Assembly (NCBI GenBank): GCA_013286655.1
Contig: JABDFG010000003.1
Location: 8,906 to 72,905 of the forward strand
Length of the DNA stretch: 64,000 nucleotides
Source of the DNA: Bacteroidota bacterium
Lineage (GTDB): Bacteria > Bacteroidota > Bacteroidia > JABDFU01
Direction of reading: 5' to 3'
Shown: in pieces, positions 9,358 through 18,993 of the stretch
Numbering within the stretch: the stretch's first letter is position 1
Layout: each line of letters begins with the position of its first letter
The notes under the pieces: generated by a model
Seen by the model: the letters and a program-made list of their open reading frames with translations, nothing else
Told to the model about the DNA's origin: nothing
Databases searched by the model: none
Translations under genes and position numbers: made by a program

Positions 9358-9775
9358 ATCTCGCTCTTTTTCGCTCACAGGATTGTGTAAAGCAAATAAA
9401 CATTTGTGAGGGAGTTTCGGAAGTGATTGATCTGATAAAAAAAGAACTCTTGATAAGTTGAAAAGTTCAGGTTTGAGTTGGACTTGAACCTTTTGAGCTC
9501 ACAGTAATTGACATTCCGGTCGTTTTATTGTTAGTGATTTCATATTTTTATTTTGCAATTTCAATGATTGCAACCCATATAAATTTTCGTGTTCTTGATA
9601 TATTAAGACACCCGTATCGTAAGTTTTCCGGGTTGTTTTTGAGGTTTTGTGATCTGGTTGTGCGATTGGTTCATTTACTAAAGTTCCCATCCGGCAAGTA
9701 TAGATGAAAACGGGAAGAAATAAAAACCTCGGGCAAATTTGACTAAGGTTCCGGGAATAGTAATTATGACCCAAC

Positions 9776-9794
9776 TGGTTACAAATTGTAACCA
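9776..9794. promoter_or_regulatory. perfect 19-bp palindrome, candidate toxin-antitoxin operator
   Basis: tggttacaa-a-ttgtaacca (9-bp arms, 1-nt centre). Sits 25-43 nt upstream of the TATTTTTG -7 box and 55 nt upstream of the antitoxin ATG. Confidence 0.4.
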
Positions 9795-9818
9795 ACTTAA
9801 AATGCAGATATTTATGCT

Positions 9819-9826
9819 TATTTTTG
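9819..9826 (+). promoter_or_regulatory. Bacteroidota-type -7 promoter box
   Basis: TATTTTTG matches the TAnnTTTG consensus, 23 nt upstream of ATG 9849. Confidence 0.35.
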
Positions 9827-9848
9827 TGATAAACAAAACGTAAATCTC

Positions 9849-10091
9849 ATGATTTCTGCAACCGTAAAAAAGGAATTAAGTACATATTTGCCCTTATTGT
9901 CTGCCCGTCAACAGGCACTGGTTTTAGATATGATAAAAAGTATTCTGCACGTTGACCCAAAGGAAAAACGGGTCAGCGTGGAAAAATACAATACTGAAAT
10001 CGAATTGGCTCTGAAAGAGGTTAAGCAGGGAAAGAGCATTAGCCACGATGAAGTTGTAAAACAGAGCAGGAAGTGGCTAAAAAGAAAATAA
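9849..10091 (+). CDS. putative antitoxin of a ParE/RelE-type toxin-antitoxin pair
   Basis: 80-aa acidic/basic protein immediately upstream of, and overlapping by 19 nt, a ParE-like toxin reading frame. The family assignment itself is not recognised. Confidence 0.45.
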   Translation: MISATVKKELSTYLPLLSARQQALVLDMIKSILHVDPKEKRVSVEKYNTEIELALKEVKQGKSISHDEVVKQSRKWLKRK

Positions 10092-10383
10092 AGCTTGAGT
10101 GGAACAGGGAGGCATCTATACATTTCGATGAGATACTCGAAGACTTATACGAAGAATCTGAAATAGCTGCCTCTATTGTCGGTAATGCTATTTTAGATGA
10201 AATCGAAAGTTTAAAAATCGATCATTACTCAACAGCTCATCCCTTGGATCGTTTTAAGAAAACAATGACGAGAATTTTCGGGCCTGTATTGTTTATAGCT
10301 ACAGGATTTCCTATTACATAGATGGTGACGTAATTTATATTTTGAGAATTCGCCATACCAGCCGGGAACCGTTAGATTTTTAA
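10073..10383 (+). pseudogene. ParE/RelE-family type II toxin, disrupted by a frameshift near 10258-10264
   Basis: Frame 2 gives KIKLEWNREASIHFDEILEDLYEES...HPLDRFKK. Frame 1 continues NNDENFRACIVYSYRISYYIDGDVIYILRIRHTSREPLDF* (stop at 10381-10383). Joined, this is a typical ParE sequence. The switch falls in the aagAAAAc run. Confidence 0.7.
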
Positions 10384-10528
10384 TCTACTCCTGAAGCGTT
10401 TTATTCCCATATTTATAGCAATTCTCATTCCTGGCATCAACCTTTCGTCAGGAGAGACCAGAAAATTATAGGAGATTGAGGAAATGGGTATTAGACGAAT
10501 TCATCTTTCACTACGAACAGAGAAATTC

Positions 10529-11302
10529 TTAGTTTGCATGCATTGCTGCCACAGGTTTGCTCAATTGTTTTAAAATGAAGGATGGAAAAAACCGGCTCAT
10601 AAATCTCAACTGACTCGATTGCCCCGGACATATTTCATACGTGTCATTCTCAAATCCCTTCATAAAACCAGCAACCATATTTTGGACAGACATAAGGGAT
10701 ATTCCCTTCATATCAGACTCCTTAAAATTTTTGAGCAACTCCGTTTCGGTTGCCGGAGGTGCCAATTCAAAGACTTTTATATCTGTATTCCTTAGTTGTT
10801 CTCTAAGGGATAAGGTGTACGAATGTAGAGCAGCTTTGGAAGCGCAATAAATCGGTGAGATCGCTAATGGAACGAAAGCTAAACCTGATGAAACTGTGAC
10901 TGTTGCCGTATTTTTGTTTTTCTTTAACAATGAAATAAAGGCATCATTCATCCATATAGTTCCTTTTACATTATTATCTATTTCTTTTGTCAGATCTGTC
11001 GCAGACAATTTATGTTTTTGCAAATCGATAGTATACATTACACCCGCATTGTTGATTAGAATATTAAGTTCAGGGTAGTCTTTCGCAACCTGATCATAAA
11101 GTTCTTTTACATCATTTGGATTACTCACATCACTCTTGAAAGTAATAAGCCCGTTTAACTCCTTTTTTGCCTTTTGCAATTTTTGCTCATTACGCCCGGT
11201 AACAATAACGGTGTTCTTCCTTTTGATGAATTCTTTTGCCATCTCGTAACCAATGCCACTGGCGCCGCCTGTAATTAAAATTGTGTTTCCGCTTATTTTC
11301 AT
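10529..11302 (-). CDS. short-chain dehydrogenase/reductase (SDR) family oxidoreductase
   Basis: ILITGGASGIGYEMAKEF (TGxxxGxG), NNAG, catalytic YCASKAA. Confidence 0.85.
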   Translation of the reverse strand: MKISGNTILITGGASGIGYEMAKEFIKRKNTVIVTGRNEQKLQKAKKELNGLITFKSDVSNPNDVKELYDQVAKDYPELNILINNAGVMYTIDLQKHKLSATDLTKEIDNNVKGTIWMNDAFISLLKKNKNTATVTVSSGLAFVPLAISPIYCASKAALHSYTLSLREQLRNTDIKVFELAPPATETELLKNFKESDMKGISLMSVQNMVAGFMKGFENDTYEICPGQSSQLRFMSRFFPSFILKQLSKPVAAMHAN

Positions 11303-11516
11303 GTTTGTGTTATAAGAATTAGTTATGATAAAGTCCTTAAAGATACTCGTTTTTATCAGGGTTTATACCTATTATGTGAAGTAAAAAATTGGCTTATCTG
11401 TGAAACATGTAATCTTTAAGAAAAGTTATGTAATCCTCCTGCGCTTTTTTCTGTTCAATTTGGCTTGACGAAATTTTATCAACAATTTAATATGGGAAGC
11501 ATACCTAAAAATTGAT

Positions 11517-11684
11517 ATGTATAAATATTCCATGTGGGTGTATATAGTCTTCATTGTTGTAATGGTAGTCATCATATTTGGGGTAGATTTCCTTTTTTTT
11601 AGAGATCATTTCTGGGCACGACTGCTTGTCAACATAGGAATTGTCTTGGTGTTCGCGGCATTTTACCTTCGGTTCTTGAAGTAG
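11517..11684 (+). CDS. hypothetical 55-aa two-helix membrane peptide (below the ORF-track cutoff)
   Basis: MYKYSMWVYIVFIVVMVVIIFGVDFLFFRDHFWARLLVNIGIVLVFAAFYLRFLK has two clean hydrophobic helices. The antisense track ORF 11505..11708 has no comparable features. Confidence 0.4.
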   Translation: MYKYSMWVYIVFIVVMVVIIFGVDFLFFRDHFWARLLVNIGIVLVFAAFYLRFLK

Positions 11685-11756
11685 TTCACAGTTTATGCGT
11701 AATATCAATCCATTTTACTAATTTTAAAGATATAAACAGATATATACAATAGACTC

Positions 11757-13370
11757 ATGAAAAAAACATACAAACTCTTTATTTGGAGCTTTTTCAACCT
11801 GAGTTTCATCACTCTTATTCAAGCCCAAAATACGTTTTCAAAAGTTATTAGTCATGTGAGCAATTACGCATATGGCTTCTCTGCTAGCAGCGTTGTTCAG
11901 ACCTTAGACAATGGTTATATCGTTGTGGGCCAGTCAGACACTTTGGGCCTTATTATGAAACTTGATTCATCGGGAAAGCCGCTGTGGAACAAAAGTATTG
12001 GAACAAATAAACTCGCTTATAATAGTGGTGTTTCTTTTAATAGTATTGCAGTCACAAGGGATTCTTGTTTTGTAATTGTTGGAAAAATACCAAAGAGATT
12101 AGATTCCTTGTATTCGGATGTGTTTTGTATCAAGATAAATTCAAAAGGCGATACCCTTTGGACCCAATCGGTGGATATTGGCTATGACGGAACGGCTTAT
12201 TCAATTCAGCAGACTTACGATAATGGATATGTCATTTCGGCACAAGTAGTAAATAAGAATAGCGCAATTATTAAGCTCAATTCAGCTGGAAATCTCCAGT
12301 GGACGGAGATTTTTGATAGTTCTGCAAATGAATGCTATTCTGTAAAGCAAACTCCTGATAGCGGTTATGTATTAATTGGTGATTATAATAGTTTGAATTA
12401 TCCTACTGGTTATCTGTTAAAATTAACATCTAAAGGTGTTATTTCATGGTGTAAAACATTTAATGTTTCGAATAGTAATTATAGTGAATTTTGGGGACAA
12501 GGCGTACAATTGGCGAATGATGGAATAGTTAGTTTATACCAAGGAGCCAATGCTTTTCCTACAACTACGGGAAACACTTATTTAATTAAAACGGACTTTG
12601 CCGGAAATATTATTTGGACCAGGCGGTTTCCGGTCAATTCCGCGTTTGGCCATATTAATTTGAAAAGGGCATTGGATAGTACTTATGTTTTTGTAACTGC
12701 TTCAAATGATTCATACTTCTCAAATAGCCTGTTAAAAGTTGGATCCAACGGAGAGTTGTTATGGATTCGAAATATGCAGCTGAATGGTGTGGATGTGGTT
12801 GAGTCGAAAGATAAGGGATACTTAATAGTTGGTGATGGTCCGGTCGGAAATATTGGAGTCAGACTTTCCAATAACTCAATCGTTCCAGGATCTCAAATCG
12901 GAATAATAAAGACCGATTCTATGGGAGAAAATATATCGTCTTGTCTTTTTAAAACGGATACAACTACTTCTACTTATAATCTATTCACTGGCACAGCAAG
13001 TTTCGGAGCTTCAATGTTATTGACAGGATCATACAATAGCAAAACGGCGATAGTCAGCATCGCGTTGATTTCTGACACAGGCTGCGTTTCGGTGAATCCA
13101 GCAGGAAGTATTGATGAAAATAAACATACTGTTGTATTTGCAGTTTATCCCAACCCAAGTAATGGTTTGTTCACATTAAAGTTGACAAATGCATCTGGAC
13201 CCTCTTATCTACATATATATAACCTTGCGGGACAAGAAACCTTTGCTTCTCTGCTAACTGTCGATGTAAGCTCTATAAATCTTGATGGTTACGCTAAAGG
13301 CCTTTATATGTATAGATTAATAAATCAAGACGGAGAGCCATTGTCTGTTGGAAAAATGATAGTGGAGTAA
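11757..13370 (+). CDS. secreted T9SS cargo protein with beta-propeller-like repeats
   Basis: Signal peptide. Recurrent ..D(N/S)GY(V/I)..G.. blade-like motifs (LDNGYIVVGQ, TYDNGYVISAQ, TPDSGYVLIGD, SKDKGYLIVGD). C-terminal VYPNPSNGLFTLKL...GLYMYRL sorting domain. Confidence 0.65.
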   Translation: MKKTYKLFIWSFFNLSFITLIQAQNTFSKVISHVSNYAYGFSASSVVQTLDNGYIVVGQSDTLGLIMKLDSSGKPLWNKSIGTNKLAYNSGVSFNSIAVTRDSCFVIVGKIPKRLDSLYSDVFCIKINSKGDTLWTQSVDIGYDGTAYSIQQTYDNGYVISAQVVNKNSAIIKLNSAGNLQWTEIFDSSANECYSVKQTPDSGYVLIGDYNSLNYPTGYLLKLTSKGVISWCKTFNVSNSNYSEFWGQGVQLANDGIVSLYQGANAFPTTTGNTYLIKTDFAGNIIWTRRFPVNSAFGHINLKRALDSTYVFVTASNDSYFSNSLLKVGSNGELLWIRNMQLNGVDVVESKDKGYLIVGDGPVGNIGVRLSNNSIVPGSQIGIIKTDSMGENISSCLFKTDTTTSTYNLFTGTASFGASMLLTGSYNSKTAIVSIALISDTGCVSVNPAGSIDENKHTVVFAVYPNPSNGLFTLKLTNASGPSYLHIYNLAGQETFASLLTVDVSSINLDGYAKGLYMYRLINQDGEPLSVGKMIVE

Positions 13371-13687
13371 TAAAACCCGCATAAAATCTTCCTAAAAGTT
13401 TTGTTGCCTTACCTTTCATTTTTATTAACCTAAAGATTATCCAAAATTGCACGTTTGCTTTTACTTGCGAAAGTGAAGCACTTTAGTATAATGTACCCTA
13501 TCTGTAGGACAGGGAATTAATCAAAGTTATATTGTTATGTAGTTCATTTTTCTTTTTTTGCTTCTTTTTTTCTTTTGTTGAAATGTGTTAATATGTTCAT
13601 AACTCAAGCTTGAACTTGAACCATTCCATAGGTTATTATTGAAGTACGATTTTAGTTTTTATTTCCTGTCCATAAGGACATTTGTAA

Positions 13688-16600
13688 TTATAGTTCAATA
13701 CCCACCACCATCACATCATCAACCTGTTCATTGGTGCCCATCCATTCAGTCAATGTAGCCTGCAGTTTTTCTTTTTGCTCGTCTATAGGATTAGACTCAA
13801 TCTGCTGAAGTAGGTTTTTAAATCGTGATTTCATAAACTTCTTATCATTAGCTCCTCCGAACTGAGAATAATAACCATCCGAGCTTAGGTAAATATGTTG
13901 TCCGGGGATAATGGGAAATCGTTTAGTTTCAAATTTTCTTTCAACCGCTTCTATCACCCCGCCAATTGAAAAACGCTCGGAAGGTAACTCTTTAATTTTT
14001 CCATCTCCATCCGAAAGGAACAGGGGGCGGTAAGCTCCTGCGAAATACACTTCATTAAAATAAGTGTCCACCACACATAAGGCTATATCCATTCCATCTT
14101 TAACTTCCTGGACGTCTCCCCTAACTGCTTCTGAAAGCCTGCTATCTAATAATTCTAAAATTTCTGATGGATTTTCTATATGTTCATCTATAACGATATG
14201 GTTAAGCAAGTTATTCCCGATAATTGACATCAATGCCGCAGGTACTCCATGTCCAGTGCAATCTGCTACTACAATGAATTTTTTACTGCGTCTTTGAAAG
14301 CACCAGAAGAAATCGCCACTAACAATATCCCGTGGAAGAAAGAGTATAAATGATTTAGAAAATATTTCTGCCAATTGTCTGGAATTGGACATGAGTCCAA
14401 CCTGAATCCGCTTGGCATAATTAATGCTATCCGTAATACTTCTGTTTTTATCAACAAGTTCTTTGGTTCGTGAATCGACCCTATGTTCAAGTTCAGTCAA
14501 GGTATTGTCTCTCTCCTGCTGGACTCTTTTTAGTTCTGTTATGTCTTCGTGAGCCACAACAACCATTGGCAAATCACTTTCAAATTTCATCACTCTTAAG
14601 ACAAACCATCTTTGCTCATTGGGAGAATGACAAGGATATTCAAGATAAAATATGCTCTTTCTTTGATCCATTACTTCCTTTATTCCCTGTAATGCTTTCG
14701 CGGCAATTCCATCACCCTCTCCGGCTGATTTAATGCATACGTCAAAATAATTACTTCCCTCTCCTGTGCGCTGTAAAGCCGTTTCTCCATTTTGTAATGC
14801 AAATTGATTCCATGCCTCGTTCACCGCCACAATAGTTCCGGCTGCATTTATCACAGCGATATGAGAACTCAAGGAATGCAGAACCCCTCGGTTAAATTCC
14901 TCACTTTTTCGGAGCAACTGTTCCGTCCTTTTTCTTTCAGTTATGTCTCTGGAATGACATGCAGCTCCAACAACACCTTTATCCTCTTTGATAGGAGAAT
15001 ACGAAATCTCTGTCCACAGTTCAACTGGCGAGTCGAAGTGCTCAATTTCTGTAAAAACTTCCCCCACAAATGCCCTCCCATATAATTGCTTAAAGTGATT
15101 AAGCATTTCTATAGTGTAAGATGATGAAAGAACATTGCTTCCTTTTGAGATTGTTTTGCCAAAAGAAAGCTCGCCCATTATGTCAAATGGCTTATTTGAT
15201 GTAATTAAATTAAAATTTTTATCTACGCTCCACATTAAATCCTTTGTGTTATTGATCAAAGCATTCAAATTGTTTTCATCAAATTTTCGCTGGGTTTCCA
15301 TTTTTTTTATTTCGGAAATATCACTGAAATTTGATACCAAAGCATGTATTCCGGGTTCACGAAGCATATTGGTAATATTACCTTCGCACATAATCCAGTT
15401 GCCATTTTTATGCAAAAACCTTAGCTGAGCATAGAATGATTGACCTGGATTGAGCAGAATTTTATTCCTTTTCTCTAAATATCCTTCCATGTCCTCCGGA
15501 TGAATAATTTTGAATAGTGGAATACTTAGAAACTCCGCCGAAACATATCCGAGTATTTTTGTAATAGAAGGGCTTACATAAATTATTTTCCCTTCTTCAT
15601 TAGAAAGTATTTTTATGTCGCTGCTTTTTTCGATCAGGGAACGAAACAGCTTTTCATTTTGAGCTACCAGCTTTTCTGTTTCCTTTTGTATTTTCGCATT
15701 TGCAAACGTGTCAATGGTCAAAGAAATGTCCTCCGACATTTCTACAAGCAATTCAATTTCTTCTTTGGTGGCAAAATCGAGTTCGGCAGCATACAGGTTA
15801 AAGGTGCCAATAATAATTCCTGATTTTCTAATTGGTAATACCATGCAGGATCGGATACCATACTTTGAGGCAAATAACTTCCAGTTTTCCAATTGGGGGT
15901 CATTTTCTATATCATTGCAGATATAGTGCATACCCGTTTCTAAAACATGGCTTTGCGGACCTTTATTTTGAAGGGAAACTCTGGTAAATAATTTGATTTC
16001 TTCATCTGGTACACCACATTGATTAATAAGAATTATTTTTTTCTGCTCATTGTAAAACAGCCCTATCCACGCCATCTTTAATCTGCCGAACTCAATCGCT
16101 ATTGCGCATGAATTACCGAAAAGTTCTTTTTCACTTTTTATATGAACAATATTCTGATTGATCTGGTTAATAAAAGCGTACAGACGATTAGCTTTACTTA
16201 TTTTCTCCTCTGTTTCCCTGCGTTCCGTAATATCCTGTATAGTTCCATATAAACGAACGGGCTTCCTTCTTTTGTTGTACTCAAATTTCCATTCGGCATA
16301 ACCGTGTCTAATAATACCATCCGTGCGAATGAACCTGAAATTAAAGCCGGAATCAGTTAATGTATCAAAAGCTTCTTTTGTTTTCCTTTGTGAGGAAACT
16401 GCATCATCGGGATGAATAAATGATAACAAGGTTTCGATGGATTGCCGGTTTTGACCTAGGGGGATGCCATATATTCTGCACGCTTCATCAGACAATAGAA
16501 GAACTTTGGAGGAGAATACTAATTCCCAGCTTCCAAAATGAGCCACCTGTTGTGCCTTTGCAAGCTGTTTTTCACTTTGTGCAAGATCAAAAGCTGTTTT

Positions 16601-17008
16601 CTTCTTTTGTTTATTTTCTTTTGAATCCTTTAATGCTCGTAGTACTTTGGTGTTCAAAGTGAACAATCTGTCTTTTAATACATAATCAGTCAAACCATTC
16701 TTAATCAGCTCAATGGATTTTTCCTCCCCAATTGTTCCTGATACAAAAATAAATGGAGTATCGGGAGCTGTCTGTTCGCGTATTTTAAGGGCGGTAAGTC
16801 CGTCAAAGGATGGAAGAGAGTAGTCAGACAATATAACATCTGGTTCAAAATCTTTAAGAGCAATGCCGTAATCCCTCTCATTTTTAACAATTTCTGATGT
16901 AAAATTGATTCCTCCCATTTTTAATTCGTATTGCAGAAGCTCAATATCATTTGCGTCATGCTCTACAATTAAAATTTTGGTTTTGGTATTCAATGGGTTG
17001 TTTGTCAA
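13688..17008 (-). CDS. response-regulator receiver / PAS / GAF / PAS / SpoIIE-PP2C phosphatase multidomain protein
   Basis: N-terminal REC ([14 protein letters not shown]...[13 protein letters not shown]). Several PAS-like blocks and a GAF-like block. C-terminal PP2C/SpoIIE region ([11 protein letters not shown]...[20 protein letters not shown]...LSSDGY...[10 protein letters not shown]). Confidence 0.85.
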   Translation of the reverse strand: MTNNPLNTKTKILIVEHDANDIELLQYELKMGGINFTSEIVKNERDYGIALKDFEPDVILSDYSLPSFDGLTALKIREQTAPDTPFIFVSGTIGEEKSIELIKNGLTDYVLKDRLFTLNTKVLRALKDSKENKQKKKTAFDLAQSEKQLAKAQQVAHFGSWELVFSSKVLLLSDEACRIYGIPLGQNRQSIETLLSFIHPDDAVSSQRKTKEAFDTLTDSGFNFRFIRTDGIIRHGYAEWKFEYNKRRKPVRLYGTIQDITERRETEEKISKANRLYAFINQINQNIVHIKSEKELFGNSCAIAIEFGRLKMAWIGLFYNEQKKIILINQCGVPDEEIKLFTRVSLQNKGPQSHVLETGMHYICNDIENDPQLENWKLFASKYGIRSCMVLPIRKSGIIIGTFNLYAAELDFATKEEIELLVEMSEDISLTIDTFANAKIQKETEKLVAQNEKLFRSLIEKSSDIKILSNEEGKIIYVSPSITKILGYVSAEFLSIPLFKIIHPEDMEGYLEKRNKILLNPGQSFYAQLRFLHKNGNWIMCEGNITNMLREPGIHALVSNFSDISEIKKMETQRKFDENNLNALINNTKDLMWSVDKNFNLITSNKPFDIMGELSFGKTISKGSNVLSSSYTIEMLNHFKQLYGRAFVGEVFTEIEHFDSPVELWTEISYSPIKEDKGVVGAACHSRDITERKRTEQLLRKSEEFNRGVLHSLSSHIAVINAAGTIVAVNEAWNQFALQNGETALQRTGEGSNYFDVCIKSAGEGDGIAAKALQGIKEVMDQRKSIFYLEYPCHSPNEQRWFVLRVMKFESDLPMVVVAHEDITELKRVQQERDNTLTELEHRVDSRTKELVDKNRSITDSINYAKRIQVGLMSNSRQLAEIFSKSFILFLPRDIVSGDFFWCFQRRSKKFIVVADCTGHGVPAALMSIIGNNLLNHIVIDEHIENPSEILELLDSRLSEAVRGDVQEVKDGMDIALCVVDTYFNEVYFAGAYRPLFLSDGDGKIKELPSERFSIGGVIEAVERKFETKRFPIIPGQHIYLSSDGYYSQFGGANDKKFMKSRFKNLLQQIESNPIDEQKEKLQATLTEWMGTNEQVDDVMVVGIEL

Positions 17009-17439
17009 GGTGTTTGGTTAACGATCATCCAGAAAAGACCCAACTCGGTAATAACCGTCTGAAATTCAATAAAGTCGACTGGCTTTACAACGTAACTGTT
17101 TACACCAAGTTCATAACATTTTTTTATATCGGGGTCTTCCTTTGAAGAAGTGAGTACGACAACCGGGATTCCTTTGGTTCTTTCATCTGATTTTATTCTC
17201 TGAAGGACCTCAATGCCATTTATCTTGGGCATTTTTAGATCAAGAAGAATCAGCTTGGGCTTATTCTCTATTTGTCTTTCTGACCATTTTCCTTCGGCGA
17301 AAATGAAATCCAATGCCGCTGCACCATCTTTTATATGCAGAAGTTTGTCAGCTAAATTGTTCTTCTGTAACGCAGTGATAGTCATTTCAGCGTCGCTGGC
17401 GTTGTCTTCAACCAATAAAATTTGCACTTCTCTGTTCAT
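17005..17439 (-). CDS. stand-alone response-regulator receiver (CheY-like)
   Basis: [14 protein letters not shown]...[17 protein letters not shown]...PVVVLTSS...NSYVVKP. 4-nt ATGA overlap with the downstream PP2C gene. Confidence 0.9.
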   Translation of the reverse strand: MNREVQILLVEDNASDAEMTITALQKNNLADKLLHIKDGAAALDFIFAEGKWSERQIENKPKLILLDLKMPKINGIEVLQRIKSDERTKGIPVVVLTSSKEDPDIKKCYELGVNSYVVKPVDFIEFQTVITELGLFWMIVNQTP

Positions 17440-17443
17440 GAAT

Positions 17444-18844
17444 TTAAGACTTAATCAATGTGAAATAAAATACTGCTCCTTCGTTTACTTTTCCTTCCGC
17501 CCATACTCTTCCGCCATGTTTGGTAATAATCCTTTGAACAATGGCCAACCCTACCCCGGTTCCCTCAAATTCATCTTCAGAATGAAGGCGCTGAAATACT
17601 CCAAAAAGTTTGTTTATATACCGCATGTCGAAACCGGCACCGTTATCCTTTATATAATAAATTATTTCATCGCCTTTTATTTCAGAGCCAATTTCAATAA
17701 TTGGTTTTTCTTTAAATCCGGAGTATTTAATAGCATTTGAAATAAGGTTTACCCAAACTTGTTTTATTGCAACGCTGTCTGCCTGAGCAGGGATTAGGGG
17801 TTGAATACGGAATTCAATTTTAGTGTGACCTTCTCCATTTCGAAATTCGTGACAGATATTCTCCACCATTTCATTCATCAGAATTTTGATCTTAACCAAT
17901 TCTTTGCGTCCAAGGCGCGAAAAGGTGAGAAGGTCATCAATTAGCTGCCCCATTTTTTTTGCATTGCCAATGATATTACCCATCAACCGCTTTGCTTCAG
18001 TATCCAGTAGGCTTTCATATTTATCTTTATGCATCTGCGCATATCCAAGTATTGCGCGGAGTGGAGCCCGTAAATCATGAGATACGGAATAGGAGAATGA
18101 TTCCAACTCTTTATTAACGGCTTCCAGTTGGGCCGTTCGGTCTATTTTCTCCTCGTTTTGAAAGGCCAATTCGTTATTTGCAATTATCAACTCCGCCGCT
18201 CTCTTTTCCTTCTCTTCGTTTTGAAAAGCAAGTTCTATGTTGGCAATGCCTAATTCTCCGGCCCTTCTTTCCTTTTCCTTATTTTGAAAGGCAAGTTCTT
18301 TATTTGCAATTTTTAATTCGGCAGCGCGTTTTTCTTTCTCAATATTCTGAAAAGCCAGTTCTTTATTAGCAATTATTAGTTCCGCCGCCCGTTTGCCTTT
18401 CTCTTCGTTTTGAAAGACCAATTCTATATTCGCCAGACCCAATTCAGCAGCTCGTTTTTCTTTCTCCTTATTTTGAAAACTAAGTTCTGTATTGGCAATG
18501 CTCAGCTCTGCAGCTCGTTTTTCCTTCCTTTGGTTTTCAATGGCTAGTTCTTTGTTGGCAATAATTAACTCAGCAGCACGTTCTTCTTTTTCTTCGTTTT
18601 GAAAGGCAAGTTCATGATTTGCAATGACTAACTCTGCAGCGCGTTTTTCTTTTTCCTTATTTTGAAACGCCAATTCTTTATTAGCTATGCTTAACTCGTT
18701 AGCACGTTTTTCTTTCTCCTCATTTTGAAACGCGAGTTCTTTATTGGCTATACTTAATTCTGCGGCTCGTTTCTCCTTCTCCTCATTCTGAAAAGCAAGC
18801 TCCTTATTGGCAAAAATTAATTCATCTGATTTCTTTTTGTCCAA
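17444..18844 (-). CDS. soluble histidine kinase whose entire N-terminal region is 11 tandem 21-aa coiled-coil repeats
   Basis: Residues 8-238 are 11 x EL(I/S)[18 protein letters not shown]. They run straight into HisKA ([19 protein letters not shown]) and HATPase_c (DNGAGFD...GTGVGLAIV). No TM, PAS, GAF or other sensor domain. TTG start. Confidence 0.85.
   Translation of the reverse strand: MDKKKSDELIFANKELAFQNEEKEKRAAELSIANKELAFQNEEKEKRANELSIANKELAFQNKEKEKRAAELVIANHELAFQNEEKEERAAELIIANKELAIENQRKEKRAAELSIANTELSFQNKEKEKRAAELGLANIELVFQNEEKGKRAAELIIANKELAFQNIEKEKRAAELKIANKELAFQNKEKERRAGELGIANIELAFQNEEKEKRAAELIIANNELAFQNEEKIDRTAQLEAVNKELESFSYSVSHDLRAPLRAILGYAQMHKDKYESLLDTEAKRLMGNIIGNAKKMGQLIDDLLTFSRLGRKELVKIKILMNEMVENICHEFRNGEGHTKIEFRIQPLIPAQADSVAIKQVWVNLISNAIKYSGFKEKPIIEIGSEIKGDEIIYYIKDNGAGFDMRYINKLFGVFQRLHSEDEFEGTGVGLAIVQRIITKHGGRVWAEGKVNEGAVFYFTLIKS
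18131..18823 (-). repeat. 63-bp tandem repeat array, 11 units, in frame
   Basis: Repeated ttgaaa(a/g)gc(a/c)a(g/a)ttc...gc(a/c)at..ttaa(c/t)tc.gc.gc.cg.tt.tc words across lines 18121-18840. Units are diverged at the DNA level. Confidence 0.9.
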
Positions 18845-18993
18845 TTTATTTCAATGCATTAAAATGCTTTAAGTAAAGAACCTGTGCCGACTAAGGTATA
18901 TCTATAATATGGATAAAGCCTTATATTTCCAGTAATAAAGAATTATATAATTCACTCATTTGTGCCGATTTTATAAAATGCCTGTAAAATGGC

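Noticed and set aside
9499-9795. 98-aa minus-strand ORF in the 490-nt gap upstream of the TA pair.
   Set aside because: Cys/Tyr/Asn-rich with no signal, domain or plausible start context. It would overlap the palindrome of the TA promoter region. The region is left as unassigned non-coding DNA, and a small RNA cannot be excluded.
11505-11708. 67-aa minus-strand track ORF.
   Set aside because: It is antisense to a much more protein-like two-helix membrane peptide ORF on the plus strand (11517-11684).
14064-16890. Many 60-100-aa ORFs antisense to or out of frame within the large signalling genes. The same occurs inside 1569-4919, 18994-22410, 25550-28569, 43924-48663 and 53446-62270.
   Set aside because: They are embedded in long ORFs with clear domain content. 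Their sequences are low-complexity or Leu/Ser/Phe-rich, as expected from antisense AT-rich coding DNA, and show no motifs.
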